64,000 nt of DNA from Amoebophrya sp. A120 (taxonomy: Eukaryota > Protista > Dinoflagellata), in the NCBI GenBank assembly GCA_905178155.1, contig CAJINV010000002.1, forward strand, positions 7,949,655 to 8,013,654, written 5' to 3'. A program made the position numbers and the translations under genes. The notes below the pieces were generated by a model. It was given only the letters and a program-made list of their open reading frames with translations. It made no database searches and had not been told where the DNA came from. Shown piece by piece: positions 32,122 through 46,719 of the stretch (position 1 is the first letter of the stretch; the number at the start of each line of letters is the position of its first letter).

Positions 32122-33995
32122 TTATTCACCGCTTATTTCTCAAGACTCGTAGCACGTATTCTTATATCTTCTTCGCGCCCGCAGTCGCTTTCGGCTTCGC
32201 TGGGCTCACCCCTATAGTCGATCCGGTTTCGCTCTGTCGCCGTGTTGGTTGCAGACCGCGCGCTGCCTTCACTACCTGGATGTGGCTGCTTCTGTCCCGT
32301 CCTGATTCTTCGTTGCGCTAGATCCTTCGTGTCAGGAAAATGAGACCCAAAGTACTGCGAAATTGTGGGCTTGGGACAACGAGCTGCCAATGCCATTTTT
32401 CGTCATTATCTGAGAGAGGACTTAGTAGTGACTTCTTTCGCGTTCGTCGAATGTGGACTTTTCAACAACCAAATTTAGTGTGGTGAAAAAATAAGTATAC
32501 GGAACTTTACTCCGGAAATACTGCTTCCAGCCAGCTTGTAAGTGCCTGTAAATTATATCAGTTCTCCATCTGGTGAAAAAAGATAACTTCACGTTGCCAC
32601 GGACTGAAAAAATCAAGATTTGAATCTTTTTTGTTCCGGAAAATACGCAGAGATATGCAGTCGTGGGCCAAAAATGCGAATAAACGAATTGAAAAAAGGA
32701 CTAAGTGCAAAAGCAGATCAGACACAGAACACTTTGCGCGCGAAGCGTAGCTGCAGGCTCGTGAGAACATACAATGCGGTGGTGCGAATACAGAACCTGC
32801 GGCGAGAAAATTGATTTTCCCGCGGCGCATTGAAGCAAAAGTTGTTACTTACCATCGGTGCTTTCATTACGTCGTGCCAGCTGCTTTGTACATATGATTG
32901 AAGCTGTTTGTTCGTCGGAAACCCCTAATAATTTTCGCGTATAATTTGAAATTATCCCGCGGTTTACAATCACGCAGCGTTTGAATTGGTTCAAGCAGCA
33001 AACTTTCAATCGTCCAAATCTGATTTGACGCCCACGGCAGCAAATACTCCTGTACTTAGCTTCATTTCGAAAGCCTGACCCTTTCCATAGCTACAGCTTG
33101 GCGACGACATAGCATACAAAATTGAGAAATCTTTCAAAAAAGTGATACGCGTAATAAACAACATTTTTTTTGCTGCACGGCCTCGATAGTGCAGAGATCA
33201 TGCAACCCTCCGCTCTTCATGCTCGCAGCGTCTTGTCTTCGGAGGATGATACCAAGGCTCGCGCCTTCGCTGACGTAAAAAGAGACCGTCTTTCCCATCA
33301 AAGATGAATCAATGAATAGATACAAACCCTCAAAGAAGTCGACCCCTTTGCCCTGAAAGCAGGTAAAGTTTTCACATGACAGGCCTTATTTCTTAAACAT
33401 CACTCATTACTTGCCATTGCCTTCCTTATTCTTATTTCGATACTTTGAATTCCAAATAAAAAAAAAACCATGCTCAGGTGTTCGTTAATAGTGTGGGTGT
33501 CGGTTTCAAGTTTGTGCACAATGGCGAAAACCTACCTTCAGAGAAAAAAAAAAAACGAGCAAATAAATCTACCTTCTTCGAACCACAAAACACCGACTTC
33601 CTTTCCCTAGTCGTGATAAAAACTTCAGCTGTATGCTCAAGAGAAAACTATACTACAGAAAAGCTTCCAACTCCATGGCTCCTTCGCATAACAAAAACTA
33701 ATGAACTTGACAAAATGTAAAAAATACGTCCCTGGAAGAATGCTTGCGCTCCTAGTACCGCAACCATGAAATAGCGACTGACATTCGACTTCGAATTGCG
33801 AGAAAATTGAAATCACAGTGCTATGGTATCACTTGCAAAAGAACTGGCGGCGGTACAGGTAGACAAAGTGAACTTCAGAGAAATTGTACGACACAGATAC
33901 TGAAAGATTAACGGTACACAAGCTACGTTTGAAACCACGCTGATGCAATGCTCACGCAAACGCTGACGCGCATCCCGAAGGAGCTCGAATCGCGT

Positions 33996-36900
33996 TTACA
34001 GTGAGACGATAGTACTCTCTGCAGTTTGCGGCCAGCTTTCACCTGTAACCTCCTGCTCCTCTGCTTTCGGCGACGTCCACCACGAAGTCGCTGCAGTTAA
34101 AGCATTACTCAATTGTTGTTGCGCTTTTGCAAGGTCTTCCCGCGTTTTTGCAACGACCACGTCAACATCCTTTTGCAGTTCGTTGAAGCCATAATCATCC
34201 CATGACTGCTGAGTCGTGCTGTCAGCAGTCCCCGTCACTGGAATACGTGCACCGCCAGCACGACCTGCCGCCTCCTTCATCCCCGACTGCCCAATGCTAG
34301 GCGGCATCTCCGAGATGGGCCCCTCCTCCGGCACATCACCCAACTCATCTTCTAACACATGCTCCACCCGCACCTCCTCAGCCCATTGTTCCCAAGTTCT
34401 CCCTTCAGACTCTTGACACCATGCGATTATTTCCGTGGCCAATTTATCCCGTGCAGCCTCGTTTTTGCTCAGTGTGTCTTCTACGAATTTTCTCCAGGGA
34501 GCATTGCGGGTCGATTCGCCTCGAGACCACGCGCTGATTGCTACGAGATTCAACACGTAAGACACCTGCTGCACATTGTTGTTGGGGTTCCGGTCCTCTA
34601 CCGCTTTAGTTAGCGCCTCTCTCATGCTTTGCTGGGATTCCGAATTTTTCAAGGCAGACAGCATATCTGCGCCAAAGTTCTTCATGAGCGAGTATTTCGC
34701 CTTGTGCGTATCACGATGAAAACGCCCAGCACTCATTACGACCCAACGAAAGGTTTGTGACGATTCTTGAGTTGCTCAATATTGATCATGCAAGCCCACG
34801 CAAAAGTACTGCCCATAAATTAGTTACAGGGGGTGAAAGCCCCTGCCAGTCGAGGTGCGCTCTGCCCGACAGCAAAGACGTCTGCCACGCCGAAGAACTT
34901 CTAAGGACACTGTCACATACGTGAGTGGAATGATTTGAGGAACAAGTAATGCGTCACAGATCTCCTTTCGAAAATGGGTATGGGAGGGCGGTGGGCTTTT
35001 TAATCGGCTTGGATAACTCTCGGCCAACTCCTTCTGCATCTCGTCGATCCATTTTTTCCACTCTCCGGGGTTGTAGCAAAGCTCAGCCGCAACTTGCTCC
35101 AGTACTGCTCGGTTCCGCCTGAAGAGGAGATCCGCAAGGATTATCCTGAGAAAAAATGAATAAAATACCCTCTCCCCACACTCGGCCACAGCTCGTGGCC
35201 ATAGGAGATCCTACGTGGAGAGCCAGCGTTGATACGCAGGGCGCGCCTCTATCGCATGGCACCAATCAAAAATGTCTCATTCAGTCGAGCTTGCGGCCGA
35301 TTATACGCCGGGCAGCAAAGAAACTAGTACAATCCGCATGCTGTTCCTTCTTTTGGCCTGTGTGTACACAAATAAATGTCGCCAACTGCTTTGTTTTATT
35401 GAGCATGCTGGAAATTGGGGAAGTAAGAGCTTATACATTTTTCACTTGAATAAATTCATCATTTTTCTTCTCAATATTTTGTTCGACCGCGGCGTCGAGC
35501 AGAACCTCCATCACCTTTTTCTTGGATAGTTCCTCTGCTTCAGCCGCGGGCCCCTTTTCGCCACGGGCGTTGCCGTGGTCCCGCACCGCCTTCAGTGCGT
35601 CCGAAGCTTCATCCATGCGTTTCGTCCATGTCTGCTTGAGCTGGCCCTCTCCCGACATGGCTGTTTGGACAAGATGTTTTACGCGTTGCTTCATAGTCTC
35701 CGGGCTCAAGGGGGCCGACTGTTCTTGGTGTTCAGGAGAATCCGACTCCTGAGGATCGTGCCGCCCGTCCGCCCAATCTGCCAAGTCCTTGCCATCTTTG
35801 TCCCACTCGATCAAGTCCTCGGCGGCTTTGTCCCAGTTGTGCGGCTGCTCCGATGCGCCGGCGACAGGATCCTCCTCGACATCCTGCAGTGCTTCTGCTA
35901 CTTTTTCACGGCTTTCCAAGGCCAACGCGGAGAGAAGTTTCCCCTCCCACCTGCGTGCCCCTGCGTCGTGTCCCGCCCCGTCCACCCGAGTGATTTTTTG
36001 CTTCACAAGTTCTTTGGCATGTAGAACATCCTTCTGCTCTTCCGAGGCCCAATGCCTCCAACTCTTCCACGAATGATCTCCCTGATTCCGAGCCAGACCC
36101 GCACCCGTCTTCCGTTCCCCCTGGCACCAATCGATAATTTCCTGGGCAAATATCCGTGTTCGTAGAGGGTCCACGGCGAACACTGTGCCTGCGACATCTT
36201 TTTCTCTCCGGCTCAACTGGCATTTCTCTTCAAACCCAGGCATCATGGCTACACCTACAATTTTTTTCAACGAAGTAGCAAATGAATCCGGATTGCGAAA
36301 CTGGACAGACTCGTCGAGCCGAGCAATTGGATCTTGAAGCCCGTCTGGTAATTCTGCGCCGGTAATCTCAGGCCCTGTGGCTGAGATCTTGAACCCGTCA
36401 GAACCACCTAGAGCAACAAAAATTTTGGAGGCGGCTTTCTTCATCAGGCTCTTGCGGGTCATTTCTTCTGCAATCCAATTTTTCCATATCTCCGGATCAC
36501 CAGCAAGCTTCTGCGCAATCTCCTCCAGTTTAGGCCGGTTCTTCCTGGAGACAAAGGTTGCGGGCACGAAAAGCTCACTGCCAACGTTGTCGAACGCCTC
36601 GTCGAGCGCGGCCTCCAGCAGTACCACCAGCAACGCTTTCGCGCGCTCGTCTTTTACTTCTGTGGGAGCTGCACCTTTCATTTTTTCCGTCCATTTGTCT
36701 GGGTTTTCAGCCACGACGAGTTGAACAAGACGCTTCACTTTTTCTTCCGTCAACTCTTCAACGCTGGCCGACTCAGGCTTTCCCGCCGGCCAGTCCGCCC
36801 ACTCATAGCCTTGTTCGTCCCACGCGATCAATTCCTTGGCGGCCTGGTTCCAGTCGCTGGTCCAAAGGTCTGACCCAAACAAGACGCTGTCGGATAGTAC

Positions 36901-38598
36901 CTGGGCTACTTCTCTTTCAGTGCTTTTCCGGGCCAAAGCGGGTACGATTCTCAGCTCCCAATCGCGTTTTACACTTCCGCGTGGCCGTGCCGCAAGCCTT
37001 CGCACGAGCGCTTTGGCTTTCTGCACTTCATCGCTTTGCTGTTCCCCGTCACTGGGTTTTCCCGTCGAAGCAGGCTGTGGATTCCCCTCATTAGGACCCG
37101 AACGTGCATGAGAGTCTGGATGATGCCCTGGCTGAGGCCCCACGGATGCTCCGTCCTCCTGCGAGCGGTTCAATTCCAACTGCTCCCTCGTCAACACGTC
37201 AGCCACAGCCTTCTTCCAAGCCGCCACCCCCTGTTCCTCGTCTTTGTCCTGTTGTTTTTGCACAAGCTCCTGAGCAATTTTCCGTAGCTTCGCTCCAGTC
37301 TTTCCAGATACAAGATCTACCGCAGAAGCACCGTCCGCCTGCTCCGCCGGATCCCTCCATTTCCGGCTGCTCAGCGCGATCTCCAGAAGTACCGCCAGCA
37401 TTTCGTTTCCGTTCGTTCCGGCGTCCCCTTCTGCTTGGGGGGCAGAAGCTGCTTTTCCCACTTTCGTAACCCATGTGGCGGCTTCCCGTTCGTCGCCGTT
37501 CAGAACATCCACCGCACACTCCACGACAGAATGTACAACTCGGCTTCGCACTGGCTTGCCGCGACAAGACTCTGAGCAATTTTCGAGTGGCCACCCCCAC
37601 TGAAAAAAGTCCTTCCCGTCTTTAACAACCCAGTTAATCAACTCCTGGGCCGCCTCTTTCAGTAGATCCTCCGACGCTGCGGAGATTACGCTGAACTCCC
37701 CATAAACGGCATTAGACAACCCCCTTTCCTCACTGGCCAAATTTTCAGCTTCCGTGCGCAGAACCTCTGCCACCTCGTCGGCACCCCGGACCGTGGCAGG
37801 GATGAGCTTTTTCAAGAACTCTTGATTCGACCATGAATGCTGCTGCACAAACTTTTGCGCATACTTCCGCACGACGAGCTTGCGCACGTTGTTTTTTTCG
37901 GTGGTGCTCGCTGCGTTTTCTCTTAATGACCATAGGCGCTGCTTGACATGGAACTCCTGATTGTCTGCGCAAAATTGTTCCGCTATCGTTCTAGCCGTCT
38001 TCTGCTGCGCACCTCCTTGGATCTGCATGGGCACCTGCTGGAGTCTGCTTGCGCACCCGTCTTCTGCTGGAGTTTGCTCAACAAGATCTGACTAACAAAT
38101 CTATTCGGGTCTGGAAAAGTGCGCAACTTCATCCCGTATGGACTGCTCGGTCTGTATTTCACTACATGGGTCTACAAAGGCTCCTTCTCTCCATGTCGCA
38201 CAAAATCAAAGCGTCCTGGTCTGCCGCGTAATCATGCAAAATGCGGCGCATCCGCACTTGCCTGCGTACAGGAACGCTATGCGCGCTTTGATTGCGTCTA
38301 TGCAAGTACTTACTCACTACAACATGATTCGGACTCTCCTACCAAAATTCTGCAACTTGCTACCACACCCGAAGACATTTGCGCTTGATAACTTGCGCTT
38401 GAGCATTTCACACGCCATAGAAGCAGCAGCGAAGTCTGCGTCCCGAAATTGCCGAGTCAAAAAGTTGAATTTTTCCGCCGTTTCATCCGCAGACGCAAGC
38501 TGTGCGAGCCGCTTGCTTTTTTTCCCGAGCGAGGTCTCGTGGCAGCTGTTCGTAGTAGGAGCAACGTCGCCACCATTCACAATGAAACACAGTCCCAT
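33996..38598 (-). CDS. Large hypothetical helical protein with repeated Trp-containing modules; multi-exon
   Basis: ORFs 38317-38598, 35431-38034, 34824-35189 and 33996-34736 are co-oriented. The last three share recurrent motifs (A.ELI.W, VLL.AA, L..IA..L..W..W). Exact joins are partly unresolved. Confidence 0.6.
35142..35452. mobile_element. Aged introner (311 bp), family-A-like terminus
   Basis: tatcctgagaaaaaatgaat versus tattcaagtgaaaaatgtat. Gene-sense flanks gaatt/atcct. A 5-nt register gives KND-E-LADLLF. Confidence 0.6.
38085..38390. mobile_element. Decayed family-B-like introner
   Basis: cgggtctggaaa near the left end and ccacacccgaagacatttgcgcttgata at the right end. The left terminus and DR are eroded, so boundaries are approximate. 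Confidence 0.5.
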
Positions 38599-39426
38599 TT
38601 AACGAAGCCGTCACTTCTAAGCCCTTAAGCATAACCACCACCTTTTTTCTTTTCCGCGTGATCGTCTTCACTTTCCTACGTGCGTCAGTATGTATGCTAG
38701 CACATACCACTGAATGAAACAGAAATTGCGATCATCGATATCACAGTCATACGAAATGACGCAACGAAGCATAAAATTACACATCGGATATATCTATAGA
38801 GCGTCGAGCTACGTTTTAGCGCTTTAGGTGGCGCGCCCCGCCCTTCGCAGCTCGCATTTCTGATGGTGAGATACCGCAAAGAACGGCCCATACTGCACTT
38901 CTGATGGTGCACGTGAGGCTTGCCGCCAGTGCGGCTAGGCTTATGTTCTTATGTTGTTATACTCCCAACGGTGAAAAATGACTTCCCCGACGCACCAAAG
39001 GCTCCGAAATATGGGGAAGCATGGTGCTTCATTGTGCATAGTCAACCTGGATTCGTCAATGGCGGCTGCGATTTTCCCTGCGTTTGCCTTCGACTCAGCG
39101 TTTGCACGCTTTCCTTTTGCATCTGCATCTAGTTCTGTGCTCGCTACGAAAATAGCAGTCTCGATTTTTTGTCGAATGAAAGTTTGCCCCAGCTCGGCTT
39201 CAATCGCCACCGCACTCCTTGTGGTATCCAACTTGTCTTTGGCGTATATTTTTGTTTGATTGTTCGTTTTCGTTAGAGGATCTGTATACTTATATTTCGG
39301 GATCACGGGCACTCGTACAACAAAAATTTGTTTTATCAATCTAACGCTTCGTCCCGCCTCTACCTGATAAATCTTTCTTTCTTTCCGTGCCCGGGCACGG
39401 CATCAAATGTTCAAGGCCCTAAATGC

Positions 39427-39476
39427 TGCGGTGGTCAAACTGAAGAATATGTTGCGGTGGTCAAACTGAAGAATAT
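39427..39476. repeat. Tandem duplication of 24 bp (26-bp period)
   Basis: tgcggtggtcaaactgaagaatat at 39427-39450 and 39453-39476. Confidence 0.85.
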
Positions 39477-42400
39477 TGATCAGTGCGCGTGTGGTGGAGA
39501 GCGATGAGCAGCCGGGACAATCGTCGCCTTAGATACTCGGTCGCAGACGCCTTGTTGGAACTCCGACCATGTGTCACCAGTGCATTGTCCTTCTCCGTGA
39601 GCATCTGCATATGTAGTCGTCTTGGCCAGGCATTATCACGTTGAAAAGAGTTCTCCCGCACCCAAAAAACGCATGTTGTCCGTGCCAGGATGCTGTTTCC
39701 GATGGTGGAGCTGTTGCGTTTTGCAAGCGCTAGCAACATCACGCACTGGCACTGTATGTCCTTTTGCTTTTACCGAACATGCGTTACAATCCGAAAATGG
39801 CAGCGCTCCAGTATGCAACGGATTCCTTTGGGAACAAGCGCTGCGCAGATGATGCGCCGATATTGAGTAAGTCCAACCCGACAAGCATACTAGCAAGACA
39901 ACTCCCTTGCATCAACCAACGTGGGAAATATCACACGACAGTAGAAATCGAAACATGATGATGTGTGGGGGGGAGCGCACAACTTTTCACTTCGATAAAA
40001 ATCCGCTAATTTTCGGAGACCCATCACCCACATCTGGCACACCAGCAATCGCGTCAGGTTCCTGCTTCTCCAAAGATGTGCAAACGAAAAAGGTTCAGTC
40101 GGTTTGACACGCTCTTGGCACGTGAACAGTTGTCTACTTGGCGACGTCGTACATCATATTTTCGCATTCGCTGTGCTTCTATACGTGACAGTTTTCTGCC
40201 GCATGTGCCGGTTTCGGATGACTGCAATGTGGAACAAAGCGAGCTGAGTCCCAAATCCGCGTCACGTCGTCTGTAAGTGCTTACACATGAAACAACTTTT
40301 GAGTTGATATGGACTACTATATGCAAACATCTAAGTACTTGATCATAACCTTGGCTGCATGCAGACGAGAAGGTTATACCAATACCACCTAGACATTTTT
40401 TGTGCGGCACCGACACTTATCCACATTCGGATTCATAATCGCGAACTCCTCCTTTGGATCAATCGCATGTTCCGGACCTGCAGGGGCCCCACCAACACCT
40501 TCGCCTGCTCGCGCGACGTCACGAGACTCTTTTTCCTGCAAGCGTGCGGTTTTCTGCTTGAGCAGGTTCTGCTTCTGCGAGGTGCGTACAGCCTGCCCTC
40601 CATTGATCAAAACGGATGCGAAGCCAAGGGTCTGCACCCCGGCGGCGGCCGCGCCGGCACCCAGTGTGGTTTTCCGGCTCCGACGGCAACTACACTGGCA
40701 CGAATAGCGCAATTCATTGAAACTGCAGCCTCTTGGAGGGGCGTTGCGCTATCACTTGCTTGCGGTTGGAGACCCGCTTGGGGGCACGCATCCCATCGTT
40801 GCCCGTCGGCACGAAATGGACCTTGCTCGGTCCAGGCTGTGTTGCGGGCGGACCAGCGTCGCACCGTGGCTCGGGAATGTCGCACGGCCCCGGATGCGGG
40901 AGTGACGTCGCCGAGTGTGAAGTTTGTTCCACCTATGAACAATGTGGTAAGAAGGAATTAAGCAATTCAAACTTGAAGAGGTTAGGGTTACAACGTATTA
41001 TCAGGTAATGCCAATAATTCTCCAGTATTTCGCTTATTAATTTATACGTTTTTCGAGTTTGCATTCTTAATTACTCAATTTGGGATTCATTTTCAAGTGC
41101 CATGCTGGAAGTAGCACTAATTCAAAAAAAGTGTGCGAGCATGCTTCCAAATCAGGAGCTTGTAAGCAGCCTGTGCTGGTGTCTTAGTTTTGCTTTTGCA
41201 CTCAAACAAACTCAACACAAGAACGTCAATACCGGAAACATCACACCCACGGATGCAGAAGTGTAGTTCGGTATGCCCCGCCTGTGGGCCGTCATGGTGT
41301 TTGCTTGCGGACAGCTAGCAGGTACCATCTTCGACGTGGCAAGCAGTTGTCGCTTTGCCTCTTCTTATCCCTTTCCCGTCACTTCGATGGCAGCGTGTCG
41401 GTGACTGCGCTGCTGCCTGCGCGAGTTTTGTCCATGAATGCCTGTTCCTTATCGGGATGAATTTGAATCAATATGGTAAGCATAGCAAGATACGTCAAAA
41501 AAATGCAAATCTTGACGTTGAGCAGGTCGTCAGTCAGATTCCTGACCTCATCAAGAAATACATGTCAGCAAATAAATATCGTTGGGGCCAAACTTAATTG
41601 TCAAAACATACTTTGTGGTTTTCATTTGGTAAAGTTAAAACGACTACTCCATGTTGAAACCTCAGAATGAATAAGTAGTGGGTGCGCTACTACTCAAACA
41701 GAAAATTCCTTCACGAGATTCAACTGTTCGGGTGGGGAAAAAAAATTGACGTAATTCTCTTCTGAGGACTTCAACTTTTTTCGGCTTCGACATCAAACTG
41801 ATAAAATCAATGAGACGATCATGACGACCACGCGCAAACCGAAGCATTTTTGTACACAACGCTGTCGAGACCGACTCTTATTGCGTAGTACTAGCTATCT
41901 AGAAAACAAAACCGACAAAGATACTACTTATCAAGACCTCACACCGAATGACAAAGTAGGCTAGACCACGAGCACGAAGCGCGGCCTTGCCTCTCTGTAC
42001 GAATATATACACCACATCATAGTTGGAGTACTTTATCATTGCTGGTTGCCTTCAACATTAATCCTGCCGGTAGAACGACTTCCCCGTGAACGAGGAAGTG
42101 CATACAGGAAGTCAGACGAAGACCGAAGTCGTGCTAATAAACGTATTTTCTCTCATCCTTTGGCCGACGCAGCAGAAACTGCCGGTCGGCGAACGAACGC
42201 TGCTGCCGCTGCAGGAGCTCCATCAAGTTTCATATATGTCAAAACAATCCTGCTCGCCAGTACACGCTTACAACTGCAAAACGGCCTGCAATCTGACGAC
42301 TTCTGAAGATGCATCTAGCAGCAATTATATTGAAGGAACTCCGCGGTTGTTCAATCTCATCGTACAGTTTGGTATTATAGTCGGTGTTTTCCTCTACTGA

Positions 42401-43090
42401 AACGCTCTCTGTGTTCATGACAATGTCTTAGCCATAGGCTTCTCTAAAAAGCTATGCACCGACTTCTCACACGTCGCCTTCTTAGCGAGACCCGGAGCTG
42501 GCCCCTGTCTGCCTGCTTAGCGTCAGGTTCAGACTCCATGCGAAAAGCCGCCAGAAATCTATCACTTCTCGAAATGGCCCGGGGGCGGCTAGGAAAATGA
42601 AAAACATTTTTAGTGCAACGAGGCGATCATGCTAATGCTTTGATCACAACGAAGCACACTACGAAAAAAAACAGATTTTCTAAAAAATTTGTCGTGTTCA
42701 TTCAATAGTAGTCCTCTTCCTCACCAATATCACCAAATCGAAGTTGTCGTATGCAACAAGCACAATAGTAATTTTACAGGTGTCTTTTACATCTGAAAAA
42801 GACAAAAAAATCGAGATATCATCAATTTGTGAAACAATAACAAACTTTTTTCTTCTTCCCTCCCGCCTTAGTCTTCACAGGAAGGAAACCTGACTTGTTT
42901 TCGATAAAATGACAATGCTGGCCGAAAAGGACAAAAAAAACTCGATTGGAAAATGATGGTCAACCTTTCAAGTAGTTGCACCACTTGCGAAATTTCTATC
43001 AATGTAGTTCTTTACTTGAAAACAATGACATGATGTCGTACTGAAGAGAAAAAACTAAAATATCGGATTTTCCAGCGGCACATGGTCCCG

Positions 43091-46000
43091 TTACTCGATG
43101 GTGCTGTTCAGCGATCTGCGGCTACTGTTGAAATGGCGATACAATCGGTCCCGGGACCCGACCCTGATCGACACCATATCTCGACTATCAAGTGCAAAAA
43201 TGTCTGGGTCTGGAAGAATTCACGTCTGTCATGCTTGTCTGGCATGACTCTTGAATCTGTCACGCACGTTACCCAAGAGCTCCGCTTTTCTGTGATGCAG
43301 AAGCGCAGTTTGTCATGCAGAATAGGCAACACCTAGGAGCTCAGAAACTTGTCTTGCTGAGCCAGCATTTGTAGCCTCATCATGAGACGCCACCCAGCAT
43401 CACAAGTGTCCAGACCCAGACATTTTTTTTTTGATATCGACTCTGCGGCCGGGAGATCCGCTCCGTCATTTCCTTCTGCGTCACGTGGATGGTGCGCAGT
43501 TTTATCCAACAAAAAATGCTAACTCCCGACGACAGACCCAATAAAGCATCATGATGATGATGTACCCAACTGCGGGGCTATGCGGAAGAAGTAACTGCAG
43601 TATGTATCTATCCGCAGAACGACCTAATGCGTTCGTGGTCGATGGCTCTGCTCCCCCCTCTCGACAGGTGTAGATGTCTGTAGTTATCGTTCTGCCAAAG
43701 AACCAGGTGCAAGTTTATATCATCATGTAAGTATCACTTCTGACACAGCCAATCATGCACAAGAGTCTTCGGTGCTTCTGCTTTTTTTTCTTGTTTAGGC
43801 TTCTTGCGTTCTTCACCTTGGTGGACGTATGGGAGGCAAAAATGTGAATTTTTCAAAGTATGGCAGATTGTGACGCTGCAATACAGCCTCCTCTAGTGCG
43901 AGACTAAAAGAAGCTGACGCATCTTCATGACATACTGGTCAGCGTCTGCATGCTCGTTTTTTAAGTGCTGCTACTATTCCTCCGTGCTGTTAACTGCTGA
44001 TTGTATAGTATCCTATACAAACCCGCTGGTCCATTTTGAAGAATTCACACCCGGCACTCACGTAAGACGGACTCTTTCCTGTGCGGTTTTTTCGTGGATT
44101 TTTTCATTCTCGCATTTGAAGTTAGTCGATAAAAATTCGACGCTGCTGTACTAGAATGTCAGCAATTATTTATTTTCAACAACTCAGGCTCATGGAGGAT
44201 GAGGATTTTCACCTTATCAAATCCAAAAAAAGAAAATAAGCCCGAAGGCCGTTTTTTATACAGTCTGCGCATATCCTCGAGGGGCACGACGCGGTCCCGT
44301 TCGAAACTGCTCAAACTAGACTTCGGCACAAAGTCCTGCAGGAGAAACGTCGACGTTTTCTGCGCCTGCGGTAGCGGCTGGGATGAATGCTCCAGGTTGA
44401 TCGTCATGTTGTTGTCCCCCTGTAACAGGGTCGGAAAAACCGCCTGTTGCTTCTGGTGGGTTTGCTGAAAAACAGGTTTTCTATCGAACAAAAACCGGTG
44501 GCAAAGTAGAACTCTTTCTTCACCTCCTGCATCGATATTCATTGTCGTGCGTAACGCCTACTGTACAAGGAAAAGCGACAGGAGCCTGTCGTGGCACTAA
44601 TTTTTGTCGGCTGTGCCTGCTCCGAATGGTCTTTTATGTTATGCCTTGAAAGAATTTGCCGACGAGGGGCACAGAATGCCGGCGAGAAGTTGTACCATAA
44701 AAGCTGTAGAAACACAGCGAGAACTCATAATGCACTTCGGACATGACCGACGGCATAATCTGTCTCCAACTTTATCAAACTTCGAGCTGATCGCTGCTGC
44801 GAAGAACCGAACTACCCGATTTTGCTTTGTTCGATACTTTGCCGCAGGGGTCGGACGACCGCAGCTCCCATTGTAATCACTGTTGTTGTGCACAGGAGCT
44901 GCCGCGGCCCGTATCCTCGGATCTGCAGACTGAGCACGAGGGACGATTTGATGCGTCTGCCTTCCGGATGTACTGAAATTTGGCGGCTGACCGGCCTTCT
45001 GACTTGGCGGCGTTCTCGTGGATGGGTTTGGCACGGAGGAAAAACTCTGGGTCGAGACAAATCCGCCCCCCGGCATCGTCGCGTTTAAAACCGTCGCTGG
45101 AGTGTTCTCGGCAGACGAAGCGAGACCTACAGTTGTTTCATTGCACCCTGCTGGTCAATCGAGGATGTGATGTATCTCCACCACTACGTCGCATTATTTT
45201 TCAACAAGTTTGTTCATAAAATGCTTGTCAAAAAATGAAGCGGCTTCTACTTCCAGGTGCTGCGGACTTATTGAACTAAATATCTCAGTTGCACACGGCA
45301 TAGTCACGACTCAATTATTTTTCATGTAGAGATAGATGAAAATCCGACCTCCTGGTTTGACGACGCTCTTCTGATCATCGAAGAAGGCGTTGAGTTGCTG
45401 CGCCGCGGTGCTGGTGCTTTTCATCAGCGTCGCGGGCTGAAATTTCTGGTCCAGGCCGCGCGCGTGCGCCACGGCGGCTGTCGCGGGTGAGGAAAACTTC
45501 GACAAGCTCGCGCAGCTGCTCTGCGGCAAGTACTATCAAAAGGAAAAATCCCCCCTCCCCATATCGAAGAAGTGCGCTTTTCGAAATTTGTGATGCTGAT
45601 TTGTGGCCACAAATCCCGTCTGTCTTGCAAGAGAGCAAGGCCAGGGCTTCCGCTGCATTTCGCGGGCGATTTGTAATGCTGCTACGCTACTAGGGCAGAC
45701 GTCTGCGGTCTGCCATGCTAAGTGCCTACCCCAAGCCACCCCTTTCCGGGCTTTGTATCTGTCTGCAGTCCTCTACCGCAAGACGAATCCGATTTCTGTA
45801 CACAAATCCTGCATCACATCGGAGGTCTACGGGCTGTTCGTCCCTTTCGGCATCACAGATTTCCATTCCGATAAGGGGAGGGGGGATTTTTCCTTTTGAT
45901 AAGTACCCCGAGGACTTTTTGCTGCCAAACATTGCCGCGAAGGTCGTACTATGCAATGCAAAAGCATCGTACTAGTATAAATTGCATTACAAATTTGCTC

Positions 46001-46719
46001 AAGAAGAAAAATGCAATTTGTAATGCTGTTTTCCCTTAGAAAATAGATCTGCCATGCATGGCTGCAATTAGTACGAGTACGATACTTTTGCACAGGATAC
46101 GTATGATTTGACGTCGAGGCGCCAGCTCCAAACAGCATGGCGCTCTGCGGCCGTTTCAAACTGTCCCGCAGACTGCTGTTCATGCTGAGTAGGTTGGCAG
46201 TGGTGTAGGCAAAAGGTCCAACGAGCTTTTGCGACCGCTCCATCTCTATCCAACGCTAAAGTACTATGTGCTCCTGCTGGGCCCTCCGGAAGAGTCTTGG
46301 AGTTGTGCTGCAATTTCTAGGAAAGTAAGAGTAACACATGTGGACTACAGAGACAGGCATGAGCAATTTCTGAGAAACTTCTACGTCATCCGCACGACCA
46401 GGACATCGCATTTTCGCAAGGCAAACGAATGGCGCTGCGGCGCTACACGCATAGCAGATTTTTGACCCCTGAACATCATGTCATCCAAGCCTATGTATTG
46501 TACCAGTTTTGCAAGCTTCGAGAGGGCCGAGACTGAATTATACTTGCGTTGGATAGTCTCCGCGGGTAGGACGTTGCGATCGTTCGAGCGCTTCTGGTGG
46601 TAGAAGGACACGGGCTTGTTATATTTTTGGTTTTTTCCACCCGCATTGTGGTCTGCACCGCCCCGAATCACGTCCAGGATGTAGGAGTCCCGGCCGGTAC
46701 CGTTCGCGTAGTACGGCAT
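43091..46719 (-). CDS. Hypothetical multi-exon protein(s) starting MPYYANGTGRDSYI
   Basis: Minus-strand coding segments join in frame across introners 45534-45901 (KKSSGY|LPQSS) and 43186-43436 (RPQSR|DMVSI...STIE*). May be more than one gene. Confidence 0.45.
43186..43436. mobile_element. Introner family B (251 bp)
   Basis: B-type TIR. DR tcgac at 43181-43185 and 43437-43441. Confidence 0.9.
45534..45901. mobile_element. Introner family C (368 bp)
   Basis: C-type TIR. DR agtac at 45529-45533 and 45902-45906. Confidence 0.92.

Noticed and set aside
38900-41000. Possible decayed gene or transposase fragments
   Set aside because: Only short ORFs, with no recognisable motif or termini.
44014-44260. 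Another aged introner (tatacaaacccgc / tataaaaaacggc)
   Set aside because: Weak TIR, unmatched flanks, and the joined frame soon stops, so it cannot be validated.
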